This document shows, piece after piece, positions 8,404-18,056 of a stretch of 64,000 bases of DNA (within the stretch, counting starts at the first letter, position 1; each line of letters starts with the position of its first letter). The translations under genes were made by a program, and so were the position numbers. The DNA is from Planctomycetota bacterium. GTDB lineage: Bacteria; Planctomycetota; UBA1135; GCA-002748355. The stretch covers positions 19,567 through 83,566 of the forward strand of contig JALUUL010000052.1 in assembly GCA_027021385.1 (NCBI GenBank). Reading direction: 5' to 3'. The notes under the pieces were generated by a model. That model had not been told where the DNA came from. It made no database searches and was given only the letters and a program-made list of their open reading frames with translations.

Positions 8404-11400
8404 TCACCTCTGAAGGAAGATCTTCGTCCGGTGGAAGGAGTAGTGCAGAGTCGACCCATTGCGATAGGCCTCCACCTGCAACAGGTACGACCCCTCCGGG
8501 AACTTCCCCGAAGGCGTCGCCCAGAGATAGGTCTCGTCGCCAGGCCCCGTATCGGCGAGGAGGAGGAAGGGATCGGCCGGCCTCTCGCCCGGGGTCGCGG
8601 GGGAATCATCCTGGACGTATTTCCAGGTCTTCCCTCCGTCCACGGAATAGGAAAGCGTGTATTCCAGATCGTTCTCGTTCCCCGTATAGCCCGAGGGGAA
8701 AGAACCCGCGTACTTCTTTCCATCCCACCGCTTCCACGAGATCGTCCAGGTTATGGGGACATCCGAGGGATCCTTCAATTCCGTGATGTCGGTTGGAGAT
8801 GCGATCTCCACCCTCGGCGGAAGGGAGATCGGATCGGCCAGGGTTGGGTTTCCCGCCTCGAAGAACGAGTGCAGGAGACTGAGAACGGAGAATTTCGCGA
8901 TGAAGGCGGAACCCGATTCCGTGGTCCTGTCCAGACCGTTCACCACGATGTGGGCGACCTCTCCGGAAGGAGAGGTAAGCCCTACGAGCGAGGATCCCTC
9001 CCTTCCGCTCGAATGCCGATAGTACGTCTTCTCGATCACGGCCGAGAACTTCGGGAAATCCCCGTTGAAGAAAAACTCGTCCCCCACCCACCCCGAATAG
9101 TTGATCGCGATGTCGAAGGGGCGACTGATCTTCGTAGTCGTCGGCAGCGGGAAGTTGTAGTTCTGGGCGATCTCGGTACCTGCTCCGACGAGGGTGCCGT
9201 TCGTTCCGCTCGCGAACTGGTGATGGAAGGTCGAGGAGGTGGATCCGATATTGAAGACGGAAGTGCAACCTTCGGTCGCCGTCCTGCGATTGGCGTTATA
9301 GAGCCGGGTCCCTTCCGGCAACCCGACCGTGATGTCATATCTCTGATCCCGGTAGAATTCCCCCAAGGCGTTTCCTGCTGGGAGGTTGCCCGTCGATTCC
9401 CAGATCGCAGCCATCGAGTCGGGATAGAGTTCGCCTAGCCAATAGCGACCCCACCAGTAGTTTCCGCCCCCACCCTCGCGGATGATCTTCTGGTAGCGAT
9501 ATTTCGAGTTGCCTCCTCCCGAGATGTTGTCGATGTAGCCCCATCCGGAAGCCCCGTATGGAGCCAGGTTCAGGGGAATCGAATTGGGATAACCGTTCGC
9601 GGAGTCGTACCCGATCTCATTGCCGAGACCGACATAGTAGTATGAGAACCCTGTAAGGGTCGTATAGACGGCCCGCGACTTTGTAAGCGATGTGCGGAGC
9701 AGCTGCGCATACCGCGCGTAATTGATCTCGACCCGCCCCCGCCAGCGGTCCCGAAGCCGGGAGGGATCGAAGCCGGGCCACCAAGACTTCCTGTTCTTCG
9801 TATACGAGAAATTGTCGAAGAACCAGTTGTATCCATTCGGGAAGTTCGCACCTCCGTTTTTCAGATCCGCGTAGGGGCAATGTCGCGGATCCCCCAGGAA
9901 CTGATAGCGCTCGGTGAAGGGCACGCTCTCCTTGTTCGAGGTCCAGTAGACCCAGGTCCGGCTCAGGTTGTCAGGCTGATAGGGGGTCGGGAAAGCCTTT
10001 CCCGTCGTCAAGTCCGTCCCGATCCGTGTCCTGACTTCGAGAACGTGGTCGGAGAGGTCCAGCCGCGATCCCGTGGTTGCTCCATCCAAAACCTCCTTCG
10101 GGATCTGGATCCTCCAACGAGCGGTGTTCTTCTCGACCTTTCCGGAAGTCGAAAGATCCGTGGAAAAATCGTTCGCGGACTCGGTCGAACAAGGGATGTA
10201 TTCCATCCCGTACAGCCTCCGCGAGGAATAGAGCCCCTTATCCTTCGGGGAACTCCCCTGAACGGGCGCGATCGACGGAGTGTTGTGGAGTTCGAGGAGA
10301 GTGTAGGATTCCCCCCCGGTCCCCGACCCATCCACGAAGTCGGCCCTGAACCACATCTCCCTGGGTCGAAAGCCCGAAGGGGCCGTCGGTGCATCCGCGA
10401 AGGGCTTGTACGTCATGTCCCCGTTTCCTGGATCCACGCCTCCCTCGAGGCGCTGCACCCGAAGCGTCAGGGGGCCGGTCCCTTTTCCGTTCACGTTTTT
10501 TGTCAAATCGACATTCATGATTTGCAGGGTGATCGGATCCCCTTCGGTCCTCCCGTCCCCGGGTTTCGATGGATCCCTGCGCCAGGCGTAGACCCGGAAT
10601 GTGACATCCTCGGATCCCGAGACCGTCGAAGCCCGGAGATACCGCAATCGTTCGGGATGGGTGACGACGCGCAATCCCGGATGCTTCAACGGAGCCTTCG
10701 CGGCATCCGAGTAGTTCCGCATCGCCGGCATCGGCAGGAGTTCACCGTGTAGATTGATCAGGATCGCATTTCTGTATTTCGAGGGATTCGTCGCCATGTC
10801 CTCGAGAAGCAATCGCCAGGTCGGCGTGTCGGGATCCTCGAGACCGGCTGCGACCCTCGCATCGAAGAGTTCGCGTTCCTCGGGAAGCCGCATCGCGTGA
10901 TTGAAACGATCGGCGAGAGCGTAAGGGTAGGGGTTCTCGGAGGCGTCATAGTCGTTCACGAAGGCTCCGTCGACCCTCACCCTCGCCTGGAAGAGGTCCG
11001 GCACGTAGTACCAGGAACTCGCGGACCCCGTGGGCATCTTGCCCGGATAGAAATAGACCTCGGGAATCAAGGCCTTGGAATCCGTCGCCTTGTTGAGAAA
11101 CGGCGCGTAGAGCCGGTTCCTCCCATAGGCGCTCTTCGTGATCCAATGCGTCCGGAACTTGACCCCCGGATTGCGCGCTTCCAGGTCGGTGATCGTGGAC
11201 TCGACGAAAGGCCGGATCGCGTCCATGAACACCCACCATCCCGGTACGTTCTCGAGGGCGAGGAGATAGACGTCGTAGACCTGGGAAGGAGGATAGTTGT
11301 CCCCCACGGAGTTGACGACTCCCGACAGTTCGGCAAGCCCGACGTAATTCCCGTCCCCCTTGTCCTTTCCGATCCGGATCGTCACGTACCGGACGTTCCG

Positions 11401-11799
11401 GTTGTTCAAGCCCGGGAAAGGCTTTACGGTGATCCTCCTCGCCCACAGCCATCTCCCGTCTCTCTTTAGATTCCCTGAAAGAGGATGGTCGGGTTCGATC
11501 GGCGCCCCCCCCTTCTCCGCGATCGACAGGACCGGGTTCCAGACGACGCCGTCATCGAAGGAATCGAGGCTGTTCGCGGAGGCCCCCTCCGTCCTGTCCA
11601 CCCACGCCTTCATCTCCGCCAGGAGGGCGGCCGCCCGCCCATAGGCGAAGGCCTTGTCCTTGTGGTTACCGTTCTGCCGGTAGACCGTCGTCATGTGACC
11701 GGCGAGGGTCATCGCCACCGTGACCAGGATCACCAGGGCAAAGGTGATCTCGACGAGGCTGAATCCTCGGGGATGCACGTGATTCCGATGTTCGAACAT
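8404..11799 (-). CDS. Giant modular pseudopilin (1131 aa): prepilin leader + large uncharacterised extracellular body with C-terminal Asp-box containing beta-rich domain
   Basis: The N-terminus MFEHRNHVHPRG|FSLVEITFALVILVTVAMTLAG matches the canonical G/FxxxE prepilin motif. AGGAG lies 7 nt upstream of the ATG. The body is rich in Y, W, N and T, unlike shadow ORFs. A BNR/Asp-box, SYSVDGGKTW, is encoded at 8623-8652. Confidence 0.8.
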   Translation of the reverse strand: MFEHRNHVHPRGFSLVEITFALVILVTVAMTLAGHMTTVYRQNGNHKDKAFAYGRAAALLAEMKAWVDRTEGASANSLDSFDDGVVWNPVLSIAEKGGAPIEPDHPLSGNLKRDGRWLWARRITVKPFPGLNNRNVRYVTIRIGKDKGDGNYVGLAELSGVVNSVGDNYPPSQVYDVYLLALENVPGWWVFMDAIRPFVESTITDLEARNPGVKFRTHWITKSAYGRNRLYAPFLNKATDSKALIPEVYFYPGKMPTGSASSWYYVPDLFQARVRVDGAFVNDYDASENPYPYALADRFNHAMRLPEERELFDARVAAGLEDPDTPTWRLLLEDMATNPSKYRNAILINLHGELLPMPAMRNYSDAAKAPLKHPGLRVVTHPERLRYLRASTVSGSEDVTFRVYAWRRDPSKPGDGRTEGDPITLQIMNVDLTKNVNGKGTGPLTLRVQRLEGGVDPGNGDMTYKPFADAPTAPSGFRPREMWFRADFVDGSGTGGESYTLLELHNTPSIAPVQGSSPKDKGLYSSRRLYGMEYIPCSTESANDFSTDLSTSGKVEKNTARWRIQIPKEVLDGATTGSRLDLSDHVLEVRTRIGTDLTTGKAFPTPYQPDNLSRTWVYWTSNKESVPFTERYQFLGDPRHCPYADLKNGGANFPNGYNWFFDNFSYTKNRKSWWPGFDPSRLRDRWRGRVEINYARYAQLLRTSLTKSRAVYTTLTGFSYYYVGLGNEIGYDSANGYPNSIPLNLAPYGASGWGYIDNISGGGNSKYRYQKIIREGGGGNYWWGRYWLGELYPDSMAAIWESTGNLPAGNALGEFYRDQRYDITVGLPEGTRLYNANRRTATEGCTSVFNIGSTSSTFHHQFASGTNGTLVGAGTEIAQNYNFPLPTTTKISRPFDIAINYSGWVGDEFFFNGDFPKFSAVIEKTYYRHSSGREGSSLVGLTSPSGEVAHIVVNGLDRTTESGSAFIAKFSVLSLLHSFFEAGNPTLADPISLPPRVEIASPTDITELKDPSDVPITWTISWKRWDGKKYAGSFPSGYTGNENDLEYTLSYSVDGGKTWKYVQDDSPATPGERPADPFLLLADTGPGDETYLWATPSGKFPEGSYLLQVEAYRNGSTLHYSFHRTKIFLQR

Positions 11800-11808
11800 G
11801 ACAGACTC

Positions 11809-13224
11809 CTAATCCGACCGACTTCCCCGGAGAAGCGGAGGCCGCACCGCACCTCCGATCCGATACTGCCCGACCTCGACCATCAAGCTGTTCAGCACTC
11901 CGTCGTCGAACTCGAGTTCGGAGTAGTCCCCGAGGCCGCTGAAGGACGTGGACCCCCGGATGATGATCGTCCCCCGCAAGAGGGAAGGCGCCTTGACGAC
12001 AAGATTCCCCGTCACGTAGAGCAGTCCGTTGAAGAAGGAATTGGATCCGGCCTCGATCGTTACATTTCCCTCCACATAGACGATGCCAGTCCCCTTGAGC
12101 GGCCGGGAGGCGTCGAAGACAAGATCCGTCTCGCAGAACAGGAGATAGTTCGTAGGAATGACCGAGGGGAACGCCTCGTTTTGGCCGATGCGGTCATCCG
12201 CGAGGGATCGAAGTTGTTCGCGATCCACCCCGAAGACGGCCGGGACAGAATCGTCGTATCCCGAGATCGAGGCGACGGGGGGCATGCCCGAGATCTCGCC
12301 CGAGATCGATGGAGAACCCGTTCCCGATCCGTACGCGATGCCCGCTCCCGTCCCCCCTAGGATCCTCCCTTTGGCCCCAAGAGTCACCCCGTCTCCGCGC
12401 TGTGAACACAAGGCGGCCTGCGCTGGTGGAGCGAGGGTCAATCTCCGGATTTCGGTTTCGAGGACATCGATCGCGAGGACATGATTCGGAGACTCGTTGA
12501 AAGGCTTCGTCGCATCAACCCTCCGGAAGACGAAACTCCGGCTGACCAGCCGCCAGACCGTCCCCGGAGTCACCGCGCCCCGTTCTTCGGAGATATCCTT
12601 GACCTCCGGTTCGAGGGGAGACTGGCCCGGTTCGTATTTCCGGACTTCGTACCTCCCATAGATACCATGGCCGATCTCGAATTCGCGGACGATGCCGATC
12701 GAAGGATCGTCGGTATCGAGGATCGGGGGAACCGCACCCTTGTCCAGTTTCGGATCGAAGACCGTCACCGGCTGGCTCGTCTGCCTCCGGAACCAGGCGA
12801 GACCGTCGGTCAATCCCGCCTCCGCGAACTGTCTCGCCTGACCGAGGCGGAGGAAGGTCGTATTCGTTTTCTTCTGGGAGGATTCCATGACCGTGACCCC
12901 GGAAAGGACGATGCCGAGGACCATGATCGTGAGGAACATCGCGAAAACCATCGCGATCCCCCGTTCTCCATGCCGTGGATCGATCGAACTTCCGAAACGT
13001 TGCTGCCGCCGATGAGCGGGTTCCATTCCTTCGTCCTCCCCGCCCTCTATCGGCCACGGCCTCTCCGCGGAAGCGGGATTCTCTCCCTCACAATCGCAGT
13101 TTCCCATGTCATCGGGCGTCCTAGACAGGCGGCTTTCCGTCTCCGCATTCAAGTCCGAAGGCCATTCCGCTCCGGCCCGATCGATCCGCCGGAACCAGCC
13201 CGGGAACCTCGAGGAAGGACTCAT
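11809..13224 (-). CDS. GspK/PilX-like minor pseudopilin with beta-helix-like C-terminal region (start uncertain: 13224, 13107 or 13026)
   Basis: The hydrophobic N-terminal helix is preceded by GERGIAMVFAMFLTIMVLGIVLSGV, the RGIA-type leader typical of GspK/PilX N-termini. The C-terminal part has repetitive G/N/V/T beta-strand motifs (GTGIVYVEGNVTIEAGSNSFFNGLLYVTGNLVV). The tracked start at 13284 would overlap the upstream gene by 47 nt. Confidence 0.65.
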   Translation of the reverse strand: MSPSSRFPGWFRRIDRAGAEWPSDLNAETESRLSRTPDDMGNCDCEGENPASAERPWPIEGGEDEGMEPAHRRQQRFGSSIDPRHGERGIAMVFAMFLTIMVLGIVLSGVTVMESSQKKTNTTFLRLGQARQFAEAGLTDGLAWFRRQTSQPVTVFDPKLDKGAVPPILDTDDPSIGIVREFEIGHGIYGRYEVRKYEPGQSPLEPEVKDISEERGAVTPGTVWRLVSRSFVFRRVDATKPFNESPNHVLAIDVLETEIRRLTLAPPAQAALCSQRGDGVTLGAKGRILGGTGAGIAYGSGTGSPSISGEISGMPPVASISGYDDSVPAVFGVDREQLRSLADDRIGQNEAFPSVIPTNYLLFCETDLVFDASRPLKGTGIVYVEGNVTIEAGSNSFFNGLLYVTGNLVVKAPSLLRGTIIIRGSTSFSGLGDYSELEFDDGVLNSLMVEVGQYRIGGAVRPPLLRGSRSD

Positions 13225-13237
13225 TCGTTCCCTCCGG

Positions 13238-14107
13238 TCAAGAAACCGGGAATGAGCGGAAGAACCCGACATCGGAAGGATCACGGTCTCTCAGTCCCCA
13301 GGCCTCGAGGGTCGGGTTCGCCGGCCCGTCGGGACGGAAGAGGACCTCGGGGACCTCGACGGACGGCCGCACCGGCACCGACCCCAAGTCCTGCGGTTTC
13401 CGGATCCACACCCCGCCTCCTTCCTTCCGGGCCGAGGAGCGGGGGTGATGCGTGAAGTGGTAGTAGTGCAACCTCGGGCACCAGAGCGTGCGTGAGGAAG
13501 ACTGGATGTAGACCCCTCCCGTCTCCAAGTACCCGTGCCGGCCCCATTCGAGCCCGTTCCCCCTCAAATTGCAGAGTGAGCTGATCCGGATCGCGAAGTT
13601 GTAGCAGCCGTGATCTCCGTCGGGCTGCAGGAGGTCCTGGGGGATCGAGGTCCCCGGGCCCTCGTATCCCGGATGCACCGGACGGAATCCGATGTTCTTC
13701 ACGAGGATCCCGTCCGTCGGGCTGTGGTCCCCCGGGACCTCCGGGTTTCGCGGCGGATCGGGAAGAGGAGGTTCGTGCTCCGTAACCTCGAGGAGCCTCC
13801 TCGCGAACGCGAGGTGGGCACCGATATGAACCTCGTCCCCATCCAGGAAGAGGACGTGGGTTCCACCCGCCTCCCGCGCGGTCTCCAGGCATCCCTCCCT
13901 GTTGGCCTGCTCGCTCTCCCCTCCGTATTCGGGATGGATGCGCAGGCGGTCCCCGAGATGTTTCATCCCGCGGACGATCTCCAGGGTCCTGTCCTCGGAG
14001 TGGTTGTCGAAGAAGTGGATCTCATCGACCCAGGGCTGGACCGAGGTCAGGGCGTACCAGATCCAGTATTCCTCGTTCTTGGCCATACAAAGCGCGATCA
14101 GCTTCAT
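13238..14107 (-). CDS. Glycosyltransferase family 2-like protein
   Basis: MKLIALCMAKNEEYWIWYALTSVQPWVDEIHFFDNHSEDRT has a GT-A N-terminal pattern, and a DxD-type motif is present (FLDGDEV). The internal ATG at 14107 is preferred over the tracked 14197 start because the extension is Arg/Pro-rich. Confidence 0.7.
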   Translation of the reverse strand: MKLIALCMAKNEEYWIWYALTSVQPWVDEIHFFDNHSEDRTLEIVRGMKHLGDRLRIHPEYGGESEQANREGCLETAREAGGTHVLFLDGDEVHIGAHLAFARRLLEVTEHEPPLPDPPRNPEVPGDHSPTDGILVKNIGFRPVHPGYEGPGTSIPQDLLQPDGDHGCYNFAIRISSLCNLRGNGLEWGRHGYLETGGVYIQSSSRTLWCPRLHYYHFTHHPRSSARKEGGGVWIRKPQDLGSVPVRPSVEVPEVLFRPDGPANPTLEAWGLRDRDPSDVGFFRSFPVS

Positions 14108-14496
14108 TCCGGGCCTGCACCCTTTCGACTCGAGGACTCTTCGGGGAACGGACGGCGGGGGGAGGGAGCCCCGGTACAATCGGAACCGGGGGCGCATACG
14201 TTTCCTTATCGGCCGCCGCCCTTACGAACCTTCGTCCGGGTTCCAAGGGAAGAGCGAACTCGTTGAGGAGAGGGCCCGAATCCGAGGCCCCCGGGGCCGG
14301 GGTTCACGGGGACTCTCCCGAAGAGGCTCTTCCAAGCCTCGGCAACACCACGGCAACCCACTGTAGATCAAAGAGTTACAACGGAGACGGCCCGAACCCC
14401 GAGGGCTTTTCCATTCGATCCTTGAGGAAGCGGGGCCTCGGGCCGAAATTGCTTCGCCTTTCCCCGTAATCCGACGATCCCGCAACCGAGGACGAA

Positions 14497-14823
14497 ATGG
14501 CACAGGTCGAGGAGCTGGTGGACGACAACTTTCAAACCGCGGTCGAGGGCGCGGAGGTTCCGGTCCTGGTGGACTTCTCCGCGACATGGTGCCAACCCTG
14601 CAAGGCCCTGACACCCTTGATCGAGCAGATCGCGACGGAATACGAAGGTAAGCTCCTCGTCCGCAAGGTCGACATCGACAAGGCCCGCCAGACCGCCATC
14701 CGCTTCGGGATCCAGGGAGTCCCGACCTGCGTCTTCTTCAAGAATGGGGCCGAGGTGGACCGCTTCATCGGAATGAAGGACATCCGGGAGATCCGCAACC
14801 AGGTCGACAAGGTCCTGGACTGA
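14497..14823 (+). CDS. trxA: Thioredoxin
   Basis: 108 aa with the thioredoxin fold pattern VLVDFSATWCQPCK...GIQGVPTCVFFKNG. The active site reads CQPC instead of the usual CGPC. Confidence 0.93.
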   Translation: MAQVEELVDDNFQTAVEGAEVPVLVDFSATWCQPCKALTPLIEQIATEYEGKLLVRKVDIDKARQTAIRFGIQGVPTCVFFKNGAEVDRFIGMKDIREIRNQVDKVLD

Positions 14824-14838
14824 CGCCGGCCTCCCCCC

Positions 14839-15741
14839 TCAGGGAAGCCCCCCGCTCCCCTCGACGGGACGCCCGTCCTTCCACTCGTAGAAACCCCGCC
14901 CGACCTTCCTGCCCAACCGCCCCTTGGCCACGAGATCCTCGAGGAGTCTCGGGGGGGCGAAGCGGGCCTCGTCCAGTTCCGCAGAGAGGTAACGGGCGAT
15001 CGATAGCCGGACATCCAACCCCACGAGGTCCGTGAGTTCCAGAGGACCCATTGGATGCCGGTACCCGAGCTTCATCGCCTTGTCGATGTCCGATGGGCTC
15101 GCGACGCCCTCCTCCACCATGCGGACCGCTTCGAGACCCAGGGCGAGACCCAGTCTCGAACTCGCGAAACCCGGAGAATCCCGGACGAGAATCGGCTCCT
15201 TCCCTTGTCGGAGCGCGAACTCCCGCGCGAGATCCAGGATCCGGGGAGAACTCCGTTCCCCCCGCACGATCTCGAGCAACTTCATCAAGGGCGGAGGATT
15301 GAAATAATGCAGCCCGACGAACCGTTCCGGTGCGACGAGATCCTTCGCGATCTCGGAAACGGAGAGAGAGGAAGTGTTCGTCGCGAGGAGGCAATCCCGG
15401 TCGACGAGTTCCTCGACCCTCCCGAAGATCTCCTTCTTGATCTCCATCCGCTCCGGCGCGGCCTCGATCACCGCCCCGGCCCCGAGACAAGCCTCATCGA
15501 GCGAGGCGGTCGTCGAGATCCGACTCAGGGCGGAACGCATGTCTTCCTCCGACACCTTCCCCAGGGTTTTCCCCTTCTCGAGCATGACCTCGATCCGGCG
15601 CTTGCCCTCTTCACACAGCCGTTCCTCGAGGTCGTACAGGACCACCTCGAAGCCCGCCTGCACCAGGACCTGCGCGATTCCGTGCCCCATCGTCCCCGCA
15701 CCGAGAACCGCGATTTTCCGGAGATCCTCGATCCCCTTCAT
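14839..15741 (-). CDS. hbd: 3-hydroxyacyl-CoA / 3-hydroxybutyryl-CoA dehydrogenase
   Basis: The Rossmann N-terminus is KIAVLGAGTMGHGIAQV, and the motifs NTSSLSV, HYFNPPPLMKLLEIV and GFASSRL are present. The ATG at 15741 overlaps the upstream stop (ATGA). The tracked start at 15891 is an extension. Confidence 0.9.
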   Translation of the reverse strand: MKGIEDLRKIAVLGAGTMGHGIAQVLVQAGFEVVLYDLEERLCEEGKRRIEVMLEKGKTLGKVSEEDMRSALSRISTTASLDEACLGAGAVIEAAPERMEIKKEIFGRVEELVDRDCLLATNTSSLSVSEIAKDLVAPERFVGLHYFNPPPLMKLLEIVRGERSSPRILDLAREFALRQGKEPILVRDSPGFASSRLGLALGLEAVRMVEEGVASPSDIDKAMKLGYRHPMGPLELTDLVGLDVRLSIARYLSAELDEARFAPPRLLEDLVAKGRLGRKVGRGFYEWKDGRPVEGSGGLP

Positions 15742-16535
15742 GCGCTCCCTCCTTCCTTGCCCCCCCGCTCCTTTTCTTTCTGTTTCCGTTCGAGGAAGGC
15801 CCTCATCCGCCGGCGCTTCTCCTCCGACTCGAAGAGGACGGCCTGCGCTGCGCTCTCGAGGGCGAAGGCCTGATCCGGGCGAACCCGCCACAGGGCGTTC
15901 AGGACCCGCTTGGCGAGCCGGGACGCGAGAGGGGCCATGCCCGCGATCTCCCGGGCCGCTCCACGCGCTTCGTTCAGGACCTCGTCGTCCTCAACGACCC
16001 GGGAGACGATGCCGAAGCAGAGCGCCTCCTCCGCGCTCAGGATACGGCCGGTCAGGATCAGGTCCTTCGCGACCCCCATCCCGGCAAGGGCCGGAAGCCT
16101 GTGCATACCGCCCGCGGCCGGGAGGATGCCGAGCCGGAGTTCGGGCTGCCCGAAACGGGCGGACTTTCCCGCAATCCTCAAGTCGCAGGCCATGGCGAGT
16201 TCCATGCCCCCGCCGAGCGCCCACCCCCGGACGGCGGCCACGACCGGGACCGGATGCTCCTCGATCCGGGTGAAGAGCCGGGCATTGATCCCCGCGAGGG
16301 ATTCGAGAGCTCCCCGTCGCTCGAGTTCGGCGATGTCGGCCCCCGCGACGAAGGCCCGTTCCCCGGCCCCGGCCAGTACGACCGCCCGCACGGTCTCGTC
16401 GCCGGCCAGATCCTCGAAGGCGCGATGGAGCGCCTTTACGGTCTCGAGGTTCAGGGCGTTCCGTTTCTCCCTACGGTCGATCGTCACTTCCGCGACGTCG
16501 CCTTCCTTCAGGACCGTTACGGGTTTCGGACTCAT
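15738..16535 (-). CDS. Enoyl-CoA hydratase (crotonase family)
   Basis: Crotonase signature: RNALNLETVKAL, VVLAGAGERAFVAGADI, AAVRGWALGGGMELAMACD, GQPELRLGILP. Confidence 0.9.
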   Translation of the reverse strand: MSPKPVTVLKEGDVAEVTIDRREKRNALNLETVKALHRAFEDLAGDETVRAVVLAGAGERAFVAGADIAELERRGALESLAGINARLFTRIEEHPVPVVAAVRGWALGGGMELAMACDLRIAGKSARFGQPELRLGILPAAGGMHRLPALAGMGVAKDLILTGRILSAEEALCFGIVSRVVEDDEVLNEARGAAREIAGMAPLASRLAKRVLNALWRVRPDQAFALESAAQAVLFESEEKRRRMRAFLERKQKEKERGGKEGGSA

Positions 16536-16544
16536 GCTTCCTCC

Positions 16545-17693
16545 TTAGTCTCCCTCCGGAGAGGACGAACCCTCCCCGAGGTCGATGACGACCTTGCCGA
16601 AGACGGCCCTCTCCTCGAGCAGGCGATGGCCCTCGGGAAGGGTTTCGAGCCCCACGAGGACCTTTCCCAGCCTGGGCTTCAAGGCGCCATCTGCGACGAG
16701 GGAGGCGATACGGTGCAGGGATCCCTTGCTCCCCATCGTCGCCCCGAGGATCGAGAGGCTCTTGTAGAAGACGTGTCCGAGATGGATTTCCGCTTCCGGC
16801 CCGGAGGTCGCGCCACAGGTCACGAAACGCCCTCCCCGGCCGAGGCATCGGAGCGACTCTCCGAAGGTCTCCCTCCCGCAGTGGTCGACGACGACCTCGA
16901 CCCCTTCCCCGGCCGTCCATTCCCTGACCTTTGCGGCGATGTCCTCCTCCTCGTGATTCCAGGCGTGCTCCGCCCCTTCCTCGAGGGCCTTCGCGCATTT
17001 CCCGGGGCTTCCCGCGGTCGCGGCCACACGCGCCCCGAGAAGCCGGGCGATCTGCAGAGCCGCGACGCCCACTCCGCTCCCCGCCGCCCGGATCAGAACC
17101 CGTTCACCGGGGGCGACACGGGCCCGCTCGACGATCATGCTCCACGCGGTCTGGTAGGTCAGCGGAAAGGCCGCGGCGATGTGGGGATCCATGCCTTTTG
17201 GGCGGAGGGCCAGGTTCGAGGCGGGGAGGACGACATCTTCCGCTCCCAACCCGTCCCGAGCCTCGCCGAGGATCGCGTACTCCCGGCAGAACATGTCCTT
17301 CCCCGACTGGCAGGGACGGCAGCGCCCGCAGGAGACCCCCGGCCAGATCAGAACGGGGTCGCCGACCTGGACCCCCCGGACACCGGCTCCGACCTCCACG
17401 ACCCGTCCGGTACCGTCCGATACGGGGATCAGAGGCAGGGGGAACCGATGCCCCCTCACCCCGCGCCGGACCCAAAGGTCGAGGTGGTTGAGGGCGAGGG
17501 CCTCGATCCGGACGCGGACTTCTCCCGGCCCCGCCTCGGGTTCGGGGATCCGGACGAGTTCCAGGACCTCGAGCCCCCCGTGTTCCTCGATCCGCCAGGC
17601 CCTCACCCCGCCCCCCCCCCGGATGGCCGACCTTCCCGCCGGATCCCCTTCTCCCTCATATTCGATCCTTTCCACAACGGTCCGCGACGGCAT
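16545..17693 (-). CDS. Zinc-type medium-chain dehydrogenase/reductase (alcohol dehydrogenase / quinone oxidoreductase-like)
   Basis: The GroES-like N-domain shows GEVRVRIEALALNHLD. The structural-zinc Cys cluster is CGRCRPCQSGKDMFC, and the nucleotide-binding motif is RAAGSGVGVAALQIA. Confidence 0.85.
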   Translation of the reverse strand: MPSRTVVERIEYEGEGDPAGRSAIRGGGGVRAWRIEEHGGLEVLELVRIPEPEAGPGEVRVRIEALALNHLDLWVRRGVRGHRFPLPLIPVSDGTGRVVEVGAGVRGVQVGDPVLIWPGVSCGRCRPCQSGKDMFCREYAILGEARDGLGAEDVVLPASNLALRPKGMDPHIAAAFPLTYQTAWSMIVERARVAPGERVLIRAAGSGVGVAALQIARLLGARVAATAGSPGKCAKALEEGAEHAWNHEEEDIAAKVREWTAGEGVEVVVDHCGRETFGESLRCLGRGGRFVTCGATSGPEAEIHLGHVFYKSLSILGATMGSKGSLHRIASLVADGALKPRLGKVLVGLETLPEGHRLLEERAVFGKVVIDLGEGSSSPEGD

Positions 17694-17818
17694 CGAATCC
17701 GGACGGGGCTTCCCGCCGGCCGCTCATTGAGGCAGGGCGGGCGGCGCTTTACAAGGGGGCGCTTTTAGGGGGTGGAACGCCTCTTCCCCTCCCGACTCCC
17801 CCTTTCCGCGGCCAGGCG

Positions 17819-18040
17819 ATGCGCATACGGAGCATCCGGATCGAAGATGGCTGCATCTCCTGCAGCCTCTGCCAGGACTACGTACCCGAAGTCTTCCTCG
17901 TCGAGGACGGGGAGAACTGCGTGATCCGTGAGGATGCAACCCTCTGGTTCGAACGCAGGCTCGAGGATCTCCTCACTGCGGCCGAAGACTGCCCGGTCGA
18001 GGTCATCCGCATCGACGGAGCCGGACCCGGACCGGCCTGA
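17819..18040 (+). CDS. Small single-cluster ferredoxin
   Basis: 73 aa with CISCSLC ... DCP cluster ligands (CxxCxxC...CP). Confidence 0.8.
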   Translation: MRIRSIRIEDGCISCSLCQDYVPEVFLVEDGENCVIREDATLWFERRLEDLLTAAEDCPVEVIRIDGAGPGPA

Positions 18041-18056
18041 AGAGCCCGGCTCCCGT

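Noticed and set aside
14581-14610. Thioredoxin active site reads WCQPCK rather than WCGPCK.
   Set aside because: This is a single-residue variant in an otherwise standard Trx. It may shift redox potential, but the sequence alone does not indicate anything beyond natural variation.
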